64,000 nt of DNA from the NCBI GenBank assembly GCA_013239625.1, contig MU054132.1:434001-498000 (forward strand), read 5' to 3'. Position 1 is the first letter of the stretch. Each line of letters starts with the position of its first letter. Shown here piece by piece: positions 52,409 through 64,000 of this stretch. The position numbers and the translations under genes are program-made. Below the pieces are notes generated by a model. The model had not been told where the DNA came from. It did no database searches and worked only from the letters and a program-made list of their open reading frames with translations. The DNA is from Lama guanicoe (Eukaryota).

Positions 52409-53563
52409 CTGATTAAACACAATTAAAGAAAAAAATCACATCACTTTGTATAGTTAACTTTTCAAACCTCTGGATGGGACTTAGATCATTTCTGCAGAAG
52501 TAGTAATTTTTTTCACTCTTTTATTAAGACTTAAGTCTTGTAACCACAGAAGAATTTAAGTGTCACAATATTATTTCCCTCTAGAAGGGAAGTAAAACTG
52601 TTTTAATAAGAATGACCAGCAAAATGTGGTCATTTTGCGGAGCAGGTGACTGCTCACAGTATCAAATAGGACTAATTTGATTAATATTCCCCATCAATAG
52701 TTCTCAAACCCAGGTAGATTTTTTTTTTTAAACAGATACACTACTGGAACTCATCCTAGATATCTTTTTCGAAAAAGCTTCCCAAGTGACTGCAATACAA
52801 GCTTTGGAACTATGCATGAATATATATTTAAATGTCTTGTATACACACAAAAAAATGCAGATAGTGCTCCCCAATGTACTTCTTCAAGAACCCCAAGGCT
52901 TCCCCAACTTCTACTTATTGTTAAATCTCCTAGAAGGATAGAGACAAGACAATCACTCATCTGCCCACTCTCATGCTTTTGTTTTTAAAAGTATATTATT
53001 AAGTGACTTTGGAATTATTTTGGAAATTACGATTAAAAAGAACTACATTTAAATCAAGTTAGAAAATACTGCGCATTTCATGGGAAAGTATAAAATATAA
53101 CAATGCCACTAACAATGCTATCAGTATACACTTACTTAGATCTTTTAAAATAGTTGCTTACTCCTTAAAATGTTCTTACTCTTGTCATGCAAAATTCAGC
53201 TCTTCACTAATTTTTTAGATGGTTTCCCATCTCTTTGAAACCATAGTTTTAGCAACAAACTGGATCTTTCACTTAACTATGTGAAGATAGAACTATTATT
53301 CTATCTTGCTCTTGGCAGTTCTCAACTATATACTACTAACCTTAAAAAGATACCACAGGAGAAAAAACCAGAGGCAAACTCACTTCTACCAAGTTGTTTA
53401 TAAAGCTGTAGTTACAGAAATGATATTGGGATGATGAACTTATATAGTTACTTAATATCAGTGCTAAATACAGCACTAAATTTATTATCACTGATATTAT
53501 CACATACTCTCAACCTAAAAAAAAAAGTATATTAAGAAACAAGCAAGTTGAATGTGAACTGAC

Positions 53564-53683
53564 CTCTTCCTGAAGCTTCTGGTTACTTTCCCGGCCATCA
53601 CCTAGCTCTGCCATCCAGATCCACAACAAAGACAGTCCGTGACGTTCCAGAAAGGACTTCAGGCAAGACTGTGAGTGTGTGTT
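53564..53683 (-). CDS. SETD2: SETD2 coding exon (exon 11 equivalent, 120 nt)
   Basis: Inside ORF 53510..53755: NTHSQSCLKSFLERHGLSLLWIWMAELGDGRESNQKLQEE; acceptor cccctatgtaag|, donor GAG|gtcagt. Confidence 0.96.
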
Positions 53684-54470
53684 CTTACATAGGGGAAAAG
53701 AAACAGGATGCAGGGTATTGGGGGTTGGAGGAGGGAGACAAACAATACCAGACACAGAGTTAAAGAGGGCCTACAGAGGGACTAAAGAGTTTATATTAAC
53801 AAAAAAAACCCCTAGAAACTCTATTTTGATTAACTCAACTAAAACTGTGCAATTAATAAATGCTTTAAAGTAAGAGGCTATAATCTTTTTTTGATACCTA
53901 AAATGTATCCAGTCAACCTGGACTTTACGAAAGTAGAGAATTATATAATTATTAATGTAATTTACAATGAAATTCAATTCTGAAGGACTAAGAAACAAAT
54001 TACATTCACCATTTTTACTGAAGCTAAAACTTATAAAAAAATTTTTTTAATTTTTTTTTTTATCCAACTTCTTGTGGCATACTTAAACTAGAGTAAAAAG
54101 AAGATTACTGTTAAAATTCCTTGCTTTGAGATCCTGTGGTAAAAATGGCCTTGGCATGCTACTAATCAAGGTGGGTAAAAAAAACCTGTATCAAGTGTCA
54201 GGAACTGTTACACACACAAAGATCCCACCATGTTCTTTGCGTAGAGAAAGCAAACAAGATCTGTTAATAGATTAAATGATGCTAAACCCTCAAGACAGTT
54301 TTAAGAATACAAGTTTTCAAAGTCATATAGAACTCACATACTCATTTTAAAAAAAATAGTAACTCTTCTCAACAAATTTATTCCTTTTCCATTCATTATT
54401 CTGGATTGTAGTTTAAATGTCCCACCTTAAATTCAGAAATAAAAAATAAAATTAATATCAAAGTGTTCAC

Positions 54471-54605
54471 CTGTATGAGTTTAAGACAGGTAAGTTTCTG
54501 CTCCAAAGTTTCAATTCTAACCATTAGCCGGGATAAGCTGAGGACCTGGTTTTTATCAGACAGACCCTCACCGTTCTCCATCAGAGCTTCTAGCTCTCCA
54601 TCTAC
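54471..54605 (-). CDS. SETD2: SETD2 coding exon (exon 10 equivalent, 135 nt)
   Basis: Inside ORF 54396..54617: VDGELEALMENGEGLSDKNQVLSLSRLMVRIETLEQKLTCLKLIQ; acceptor ttgcag|, donor CAG|gtgaac. Confidence 0.97.
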
Positions 54606-57274
54606 CTGCAACAGCAAAGAAAAACATGGTTATAAGATAACAGCAACCACAAAAAATCCTCATTAATCTAAGAATCAAACAGCCTAAAAAGATGTTTAAC
54701 CTCACCAGGAAAAACGTGTTTTCCTTAAAGACAACAGTGAGAAAACACGTTACATTCATTAGATTGGGGAAAAAATTAGTAAGTCTGATAATATCAAGTC
54801 TAAACAAAGATGCGGATCAAAAGGAACTTGAACACACTAATGAAAATGAAAATACAAATTGGCATGATCAATTTGAAAAGCATTTCATTTATTCATCAAA
54901 TATTTACTAAGCATTTATATGTCAAGTGTAATTCAAGGTGCTAAAGACATTACAATGAAGCAAAACAAAAAAAAACTGCCTTTATGGGAGAAAAAAGAAC
55001 AAACTATATTAGGTGAAAAGTATGTCAGGAAAAAATAAAGCATTAGCTTAAAAAATAAAATATTTGTATCCCCTATGTCTAGCCATTGCACATCTAAAAC
55101 TAAACCCTAGAGAAACTTCTGCACCTGTGTACTCAGAGAATCAGAAGAACACTCACTGAACAGCCATTCATAATAGAAAAAAACTGCCAACAACCCAAAT
55201 GCCTGTGGCCAGGTTGGATAAATTGGCATGTTCACATAATGGAATATTATACCACAGTGAAAGGAATCAAATGCAGCCAAATGCAACATTTAACTATCTT
55301 ACAAACATAATGTTATGTGAAAAAAAGTTCCAGAAAATTGCATGCTGTATTAATCTGTTTTTATGAAACTCAAAAACAAATTTCGAGCTGCATGTCTGAA
55401 AAGTCTATTTTAAAAAGGCAAAGGAGGTAAGACAAAATCTAAAATAGTAGTATCCTACAGGGGCTAAGCAAGGAGAAGAAAGCAGAGAAGTGCTCACAGC
55501 ATATAAAAAGCATACAATTATGCTTTATAACTTAAATACGTTCTTCAATTGTTCTAAAAATATTTAAATAATACAGAGCAACAACAAAAATCAATGTACC
55601 AAAGACTGTTTTCCAGCTGTGTTGTAGCTATTATAAATGATATAAAGAAGTCCTCACAGAACGTACTACTGGGGAGACAAAATTAATTCATAGAAAACGA
55701 ACAATGAAGCATTAACTGTAAATGTTAATGTTAAGAAACCTCAGAGGCCTAAGAAGGAAAGGCGCACTTAGAATGAGAGTCACCAGAAGTGAATTCACTG
55801 AAGTGGGGTTAAAAACAGGTAAGGTAAAAACAAGAGGAGGGAAGGAGTTCAGGAATAAGGGAAAAGTCTGAACAACAGGAAATGGAAAATTATGATAGTG
55901 TATAGCTCAGCTTGGCTGGGGGGAATACCACTTGGTTAGGAACTGAGAAAAATCTTATCAAAAGTGAGGCTGGTGTTAGATTAGAAGATCTCAGATGTAA
56001 CACAAAAGAATTTGGATTTGATGTGAGTAAGAGATAGTTCTATTACTGAATCACCCTCTCAAAATAAATGATCAAAATGGAATTTGAGAATAACTAGTGT
56101 GACAATAACATAAAATCTAGAAAAGATAGAGAATGAAGGAGAAGAGACATAACAACAGCATTAAATCAACTTGGCACAAAATGAAACTCTTGTTAAGGTA
56201 AAGAACAAAAATAAATGAGAAAATGTAAAATGCTGCCTGCAAGAAGTTGAAGATACATAAACTTATTTTTTTCCTTCTATAATGTATATTTGAGGTCCAT
56301 TCTTTTTCATCTCAGTATCATTTCTTGAGTTTTGAATAGATTAAATATGTGAACAGAAAAGTCAATTTACAGTTAAATCTTAATCTAAGACAATTTCCTT
56401 TAAGATATTTTTCCTTACATATCCTAAATGTAAAAGCTTTCTGTGTCCCAAATTCCAGAGGATTAGACTGAGAAAGACCAAGGGTTTAAAATTCCACGTT
56501 CCCCCTCAAATGCAGGAATCTTGATTTTGACAATTCTGAGATGCAAATATTCACTGAGCTAAGAGATGGGATTATTTTCTTTTCATAATTAGGCATGTAA
56601 TGATTCTATAACTCTGAAAACTTAACAGACAAAACTGAGTTATTTTCATTCATTCAATAAACATTTATTGAACAGACATCACTGTATATAGGCACTACTA
56701 GAATATAAAAAGGTAGAGTTCTTAAGGAAACAGTAAATATGAAGTAAAACTGAAGAAACTAAAGTATAAATAACAAAATTTTGCAAACAAAATACAGGTG
56801 AACAACTTTTCAACATTCTTATTACGATGATAAGCTTAATGGTTGTATTGATATATACACAAAAGTAAGCCTGCCAATTCTAGTGGTGATATGATACAAC
56901 TTCCATAATTTTGAGTACTCAAGTGGACAATCGATTGTACAATTTATAACTTTTAGGGTATGTGAGAGGGAGGAAGTTGGGAGATGACGGAGTCTGACAG
57001 CTTTCATTAAATTTACTAAAAGTATTTATTTTTCATTTATGGGTCACCACCTTCCAAAAGGAGTTGTGGTAACTAAAAGTTAACAAAAGTATAAGGAACA
57101 TTAGGATGTATTTTAATAAATTATTGGTAATTGAAAATTTATATGTATATGCACAATTCTATAATATCAAGGATTTATTCTGTTAAGTATATAATCAGTC
57201 CAAGAAAAATGTTTATTCTTTATTTATACTTCAGTATTTTTGGCTATGAACTGTCTTTAATGGGTCTAAACTAC

Positions 57275-58290
57275 CATTTTTAATACTCTGATAAAATATA
57301 ATACACATGCAGAAAAAGTATATAAACAATTAATAAATATATAGGTTTTATAAACAGGTGAGCAATACCCATGGCGATCAACACTCAGGCAAAAACAGAG
57401 GGGATGGGGAGGACACAGCCAGCGTTCCTGAAGTGCTCAACATGCCCCTTCCTTAGTAACACCTTCTCTTCTCCACTCTAGAGATAATGTCCCCTAACTT
57501 TTTAGGAAATAGTTCTGATTTTTTAAATAGGTTTACTACATATATACAAATCCATAAATATTATAATTTAATTTTGTCTATTTTTAATCTTCATAGAAAT
57601 AAAATCACACTGGACAAAATGTTGCATCGTTTCTTTTTCATTCAATTTTTCATTTTAAGAGTCACCAGTGTTGTTGCATGCAGCCATAGCTCCTTCATTT
57701 TCATGACTAGTTTTTTTCACATATGATTACATTATAATTTACTTATATTAATGTTAATGGACATTTGAGTTGTTTCTACTTTTTCTAATGTAAGCAATGC
57801 TGCTGTGACTCCTGATGTACATTTTAAACAAGTCTCTCTCTGGTTATACACCCAGGAGTGTATCTGCTAGCTCATATAATACTCGTACATGCAACTTTAG
57901 AAGATAACACCAAAGTGTTTTCAAAAGCAACTGTATCCATTTACACCCCGACCATCAATGTATGAGATCTGTTATCTGTTGTTCCTATGTATCATCAAAC
58001 TTAATTTTTATCAATCTGGTGAGTATGCAAATGACATCTGATAGTAGTTTTAACTTGTACTTCCCTGATAACTAATGAGGTTGAACACCTTTCCATATGC
58101 TTACTGGCTATTTGAATTAGTAATGTGTCTATGGAAGTTGTTTATTTTTTCTTTGTTCTGGCTTTTTTTTTCTTATTCATTAGAAATAGCTGTCTATATA
58201 TTTTGGATACTAGTACTTGTTTGTTATGTGTTAAAAGCAAATAGTTCCTGTCTTACGTGGCTTTTCACCCTCTTTATTGTGTAAATTACT
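57275..58290 (-). mobile_element. Old L1M 3' region, in the same orientation as SETD2
   Basis: T-rich plus strand with reverse-complement L1 motifs (atggacatttgagttgtttc, atacacccaggagtg, ttccctgataactaatgaggttgaacacctttccatatg). Confidence 0.75.
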
Positions 58291-59599
58291 TACTGTTAAT
58301 TTTTTTTCCCACAAACTCAAACAAAAGAGATTGAGATAAAGTTTCAGACAATTTCCTGTCTGCACTTTATAAACTACAAATTACAAGTAACATCAGATAA
58401 TAGTAGGGATCTATACCTCCACCAATTAAATATTTAATTAAGTACTTAGTTTGTGACATACCCAAAGAAGACAATCACCTGTCCTGGAAGAACTTACAAT
58501 TTTGTTAAGTGGATAAGCTGTATGTACATAGATGCAATCATAAGAGCAAAAAATCAAAAACGTTTACCAATCAAGGGCTAATATGGGGGGGTACAGATTA
58601 CAAAGCCATTAACATATTCTTGTTAATACTGACAATACACACAACTATGCTTGAAACTGCTGCTATCCTGTCCTCTCCATGGCATTTCCTACCCAAAAGA
58701 ATTCCAAAGACTAACACTTGGGAATTTCAAGAAGTGCTACTTTTGTGATTCAATTTAATTGCACCTGAACAGAATTCAGAATCTAGACATACAGAGGGAA
58801 TGTCAGTAGGAGGTAGTCCAAGTAAAACTAAACTAGAGTTAAACTCTTCATTACAGTCAAGGACAAATGACCCTTCTAGGAACCTAGATTCATTCCCAGG
58901 TCATTCCTCTACCTGGATAAAGCTTCATCGAAAATATTGCTGTTCCAAAAAAACCTTCAAATTCACATCTGGAGCAATCTGGGAACTCAGTCTACCAAAT
59001 GACTGGATGTTACACCTAGTTTAGTCTATAAGCCAAGGCCTAAACTTAGATGAACACACTATCAACAGAATAAAATCAAGCAAGCAAAAACCAGTAATGC
59101 AGTTTTTAATGCTTAAGTTTTGAAAACAAAATAAAGGGAAGCTTCTATGGCAATTTTAGCTTAGATCAACACATTTAACGACTATTTTGTGGTTGCTCTG
59201 GAAACTATCAATTATATGAAATAAGAGTTAAAAATAAAAGAAATCTTCATGGAGTTTAAAGAAAAATTTCCTGTAATAGTTAAGACGCTAATAGACTATG
59301 ATCCAGTGACCCCACTTACATGGATGTATCTTAAAGAAACACTACAGAAGAGACATGTGTAAAGTTACCAACTGTGACATTAAGAGCAAAAAATTAGAAA
59401 CATAAGTGTTCATTAGTAGGAATATATGTAAATAAATAGTTATATGATGAATAATTTTTAGCAGTTAAAAATATGCTTACATATATTCACATGGGTCAAG
59501 TTTTAAAATAAGAGTAAAAACAAATTGTAGAAATATACACATTTATTATAACATTTCTAGAACTTTACACAAAAGAACTCAATACGGTTAAGAGCAAAG

Positions 59600-59775
59600 A
59601 CAAGAGCTAGACTAGCTTATTCCTGTAGCCTATTAAGTGATCCTGTAACCTCTCTGTGCCTTAGTGTTCTCATCTGTAAAAGGGGAAATCCTTGTACCTA
59701 ATTTAAGGGCTTATTGTGAAATTAAGTGAGTTAACATGTCAAGTGCTTTGAAGAGTGCTTGGCACACAGCTACAA
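59600..59775. mobile_element. MIR SINE remnant
   Basis: taacctctctgtgccttagtgttctcatctgtaaaagggg...ttgtgaaattaagtgagttaa...gtgcttggcaca. Confidence 0.75.
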
Positions 59776-59893
59776 TATATATGTTCTCTAAAAAAGACAG
59801 CTGAGGCAAACAATAGTCTAAACAGCATTTGTTCATCTTGGGTGGTAAAAACAAGGGTGTTTCTTATAAAATTTTCTCTGTGGCATTTTTTCA

Positions 59894-60003
59894 TTTCATT
59901 CTTCCTTTTTTTTTTTGTAATGGAGGTAAATGGGATTGAATCCAGGACCTGGTACACACTAAGCATGTACTCTACCACTGAGCTATACTCTCCCCTACCC
60001 CTT
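59894..60003 (-). mobile_element. tRNA-derived SINE (Vic-1 type)
   Basis: atggaggtaaatgggattgaatccaggacc...ctctaccactgagctatac; TSD gcattttttca at 59883-59893 and 60004-60014. Confidence 0.88.
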
Positions 60004-61028
60004 GCATTTTTTCAAATGATCCTTTTTTTGACTTTTTAATGGCCCTTTCCAGTGCTTCCTGCTATCTGTCTTCTTATAGAATCCAGATTCTCCATAATTA
60101 GTTCTCTCCAATTAATCTGGGTTTACTGACATCACCTTTTAACTACTATACTTTTATCCCCATTCCCGCCTTAAGTCTTCTAGCTTCTCATCTAAATTGT
60201 AAGACTACTGCCATTTATAATTCTTAATAGTACTGGTTCCTCAAAAGCCCAAGAATGAGCTAACTGTGAAAGAATCACAGGGGTATCTGCTAATACCTCA
60301 AGCCTCCTAGCCTTCCACTAAATTTGTAGGTCTAGGGATGAGCTCAGAAATGTGCATTTTTACTATGGATCCTGCCAAGTGGTTCTGAGGCTAAGAAACA
60401 CTGCTCTGGTGAAGGGATCCTCAGAAAAAGGAAGGGGGAATTAAAAAAAAATAATAATAATAAAATTCTTGTCCCAGTTCAGAGTCTCTTTAGTAGCAAG
60501 ATACCACTCACTTCCAGTAGTGACTCAGGTGAACTAGGGTAGAAAAAAGGCTATCAACCACTGCTCCAATGTATTAAATGAAAAGACCATTTGAAACTAC
60601 CCCTTTCGCACTCTTGGGTGGCCTGTTATCTTTCAAAACTCACCTTACACTTCAAGGAGGAATTGCAGAGATTTTAAGAACACTCGTAAACAAAAGACAA
60701 ACCAGTATTAAAATATTAGGAATGTAGATCAGACTTATGTGAGCCAACAGACAAACATTTCACTTATACTTAAGATTAGAGTTTTACAGGCTCACAAAAA
60801 CTATCAGCTCATGTCTTTTCAAAATGACTTCCATAGTTCTCAGTATCCAGTTCTAATCTCTATGAAACTGAAATGAAAATAGCAAACACGTATTTCTTTA
60901 CCATGATTATCTCATTTGATCCTGAATTTCTCTCGCTGTAGTTTTGACTTTTCAAACTTCAATCAGGAAAGCTATCTCCCTTCTTAAAATGTACATAGTG
61001 AAAACTGAAAGAAGAATGGAACACTTAC

Positions 61029-61155
61029 TGAATCCTTCTTACGAGATCGTTCTTTCTTCATTTTTCCCCCTGCTGCTCTGATGCTGACTCTGTTCTCTCC
61101 TCCCAGGTAACCCCGGCAATTAGCCGACCCACAGAAACATTTCTGAGCTTCTTTC
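61029..61155 (-). CDS. SETD2: SETD2 coding exon (exon 9 equivalent, 127 nt); post-SET domain
   Basis: aacag|G AAA GAA... = (G)KEAQKCFCGSANCRGYLGGENRVSIRAAGGKMKKERSRKKDS with the post-SET CxCxxxxC motif; donor TCA|gtaagt; phase fits the previous exon. Confidence 0.98.
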
Positions 61156-62159
61156 CTGTTCAAGGAGCATAGGAAAGATGTCAGTTACATGAAAACAAAC
61201 CATATAAAAATGCTGATAATATAGCAGTCACGTTCAAGAGAAGTCAACCTAGCCTAAAGAAAAAAAAAACTTTAAGAGATACCAACAACTCTATTACTAT
61301 CTAATGGAAATGCCTGTAAATTACTCTTTAAAAAAAGCCATTCTTTTGCCAATCTTCCTTTGTTAGCTAGACAAAACTAACCAAGAAGTTAATAAGTAAT
61401 TTCTCCATTTATGAGAATATCCACTAATACATGAAAATAAGAGATCATATACCTATCTGGGGTAAGAAAAACTGCTTAACTAGTTCAACATTTGTTACTT
61501 ACATGTAAGTATTAACTGGCACAGAGAACAAAATGTACTATTATAAATAGATGTATAGATATAAAATGCATTATTAATAAAGTACACTTAGAAAGAAACA
61601 AGTGGTTACTAAAAAGTTATCATTACATAAGGATGAGACACTAATAAAATATATAGTAATAAATGATTGTAATGACAGAGTCAAGGGAAAGTGGTAGAAA
61701 GAAGTCTACAAGTCTGGGTGCAAACCACCCCTGCCATTTATTTACTCTATGACCAGAGCTACCCAAGGAAAACATGGAGTATTCCAAAAGTAAACTGACA
61801 GATTTGGTACATGACAGTAGCAATCAGAGACATAAAACTATTCAATAAATAGTTAATAAATAGCAGGGAATTCCAAACAGCACTTAATTTCCAGTTTCCC
61901 TTCTTTCAAATAGGACAGTACAAGCAAACACACACAAAAATACTGGAGCCCTGCATGGAACCTGGTCCATATCCATCCCCAGAATACATGACCATTGCCT
62001 AGATCCATTAGTTTACGAGGTGTTACAAAATGGTGATACCATTACTGTTTCGTTTACTAGCTGAAATAACCTCCTCTCACCAATTGTTTGATTTAACCTG
62101 AAGTAGAATTCTTTTAGGAAAGGCAGGATATATGCTTGACTTTTTTCCCTTTTAATTTT

Positions 62160-62397
62160 TAAACTAGTGGTTACCACTTGACAGAGGGAAGGGAGGAGGG
62201 GCAAAACAGGGGTAGGGGATTAAGCGATACAAACTATTAGGTGTAAAATAAGCTATGAGGATGTAAACTACAACTACAATTGGGAATACAGCTAGAATTC
62301 TGGATTAACTATAAATGGACTATAACCTTTAAAAACTGTGAATCACTATGTGGTATACCTGTAACTTATATAATAGTGTACATTCAATTAAAAAAAC
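62160..62397 (+). mobile_element. Short L1 3'UTR fragment
   Basis: aaactagtggttacca...ggggtaggggattaagcgatacaaactatta...tgtgaatcactatgtggtatacctgtaactta. Confidence 0.75.
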
Positions 62398-63229
62398 TAG
62401 TTTTCAAAATCATGAATTGGTTTCCTTCAATTATGACTAACACAATTTTATTTTTAAAGTATCATTAAAACTCGTGGATTTTATGTAGTGTGTTTCAAAC
62501 CATTTGCAATTATAACCCTTATTGATGCTTAAGTGTTAATAAGAACTCTCCCACTTTTGTTAAGTGAGAGCCTATTTAAGCTAGCTCCTGAGTCCCTTTT
62601 ACATGACCCTTCTCATCTTTTTTAATTGGTTTTCTGGTATGATAAAATAATCCAGGGTCATTTTGTTCAATGTCTCTCCCAAACTTGAAACCAGACATTT
62701 CTCAAAGGAACCCTGTTTCTTTTAGCGGCATTTTGTAAAACCACAACGTAGATGCTAGGGGTATTCAGTGCTATTGCATCATTACCATTGGTTTTCATAG
62801 ACAGAACTGGGTGACAATTTATTTTTCAGAGTACAATATGCTGTAGATGAGACAACATTAGTCATGAGTTGATAACTGACATGAATGATGGCTACATAGA
62901 GATTTATTATACTGTTCTCTTTATATACAGACACATATACCCTGTTGGCATTTCTGTAATAATAAGTTTTAAAATTATGTTAGAAACAATTATATTGATG
63001 AGACAGCATGAAGTTCAGAAGAACATTATGTAGTTCCTATATAATATCCCTTAATGGCCAGTAGTGTTATACAGTAGGAAAACACAAAAAACTGAAAACA
63101 CAACACTATAGATAAGAACTGACAATTCATAAAACTTCTTAGTAATTCATATCCAACTTTTAGATCTGTATATCCAAACAGTCTATTTCCCCATCTGAAG
63201 CAACAAAAGAGAATAGAATCAGTACTCAC

Positions 63230-63327
63230 CCATATCTTTGGAACTGATAGTCAAATGTTAACTCTGAGCCTGAAGGAACCAGTTTGGTGGTAAAGAACCC
63301 AACTCTCAGTTGTCCATTCACAGTCCA
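63230..63327 (-). CDS. SETD2: SETD2 coding exon (exon 8 equivalent, 98 nt); C-terminal part of SET domain
   Basis: Minus strand reads cag|TGG ACT GTG... = WTVNGQLRVGFFTTKLVPSGSELTFDYQFQRYG, containing the SET motif ELTFDY; donor GG|gtgagt. Confidence 0.98.
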
Positions 63328-63385
63328 CTGAGATGTTTTTAAAAGAAAATAAATGAGTAACTGGTTAATCTATGTGTACTGGTTT

Positions 63386-63482
63386 TTTTTATTGTTGTTG
63401 TTGTTAATGGAGGTACTGGGGATAAAACCCAGGATCTTGTTATGCCAAGCACATGCTCTACCACTGAGCTATTCCCTCCCCC
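63386..63482 (-). mobile_element. tRNA-derived SINE (Vic-1 type)
   Basis: atggaggtactggggataaaacccagg...aagcacatgctctaccactgagctattccctcccc; TSD gtact(g/a)gttt; (ttg)n tail. Confidence 0.88.
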
Positions 63483-64000
63483 GTACTAGTTTGTTTGTCT
63501 GTTTTTCAAAGCTCATCATCACCTGTCTTAATTTTGATGTCACTCTTTAGAGAACAAAGCATTTTGTAAATAGCAAAAGGAGAATTTTTTCCGTTAAATA
63601 AACTAACATATTTAAGTATCACTCTTATTTAATGAGCTACAAGACTGAATATTATCTATAACATATTTCTAATAAAAGTAACTGATACTTTAACTTATCT
63701 TAATACACATTTCCACACAGTAAAGATTCACTTGTACCAAAAATAGGCAAACAGGGAATGCTTGGTGTCACTGAATACCAGGCAAATTTATACTACCTTA
63801 TATTATGTTGAAAGTAACTATGTTCTAAGATAAGATGGGGCATGGGACCAGGGAAACAATGATGTCAAAAGTTTAATTTCATGAAGCAGTGGTCATATGG
63901 CTGAGTGTAGTATCAGGGAAGGGAAGCATGAAAACAGATGCATAAAACTCAAAAATTAAAATGGGGGTAAATACACAGGGGTTAGAACTTATAGTTCTAG

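Overview
Mammalian genomic DNA, most likely from a camelid, because it carries six short tRNA-derived SINEs of the camelid Vic-1 type. The whole window lies inside the SETD2 gene (H3K36 trimethyltransferase), which runs on the minus strand. Twelve consecutive coding exons were located by hand. They have GT-AG boundaries, a continuous reading frame and lengths of 98, 127, 135, 120, 663, 49, 184, 670, 135, 140, 112 and 81 nt, and correspond to exons 8-19 in human numbering (recalled, not aligned). They encode the end of the SET domain, post-SET, the helical/acidic region, a coiled coil, the Pro/Gln/Tyr-rich region, the WW domain and the start of the SRI domain. The introns are mostly L1, SINE, MIR, MLT, hAT and Tigger1 remnants. 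The most interesting signals are: (1) three apparently non-repeat, stop-containing candidate cassette (poison) exons in the 16-kb intron after the 663-nt exon, one opening with ATC-TGA-TGA-TGA and containing a CpG-dense, G.U-extended stem-loop; (2) a TSD-flanked L1 with 5'UTR and ORF1 but almost no ORF2 (HAL1-like); (3) a TSD- and poly(A)-flanked retrocopy of an LTR-like 3' end. No prokaryote-type system (CRISPR, operon) is present. Repeat subfamily names come from memory and repeat boundaries are approximate.
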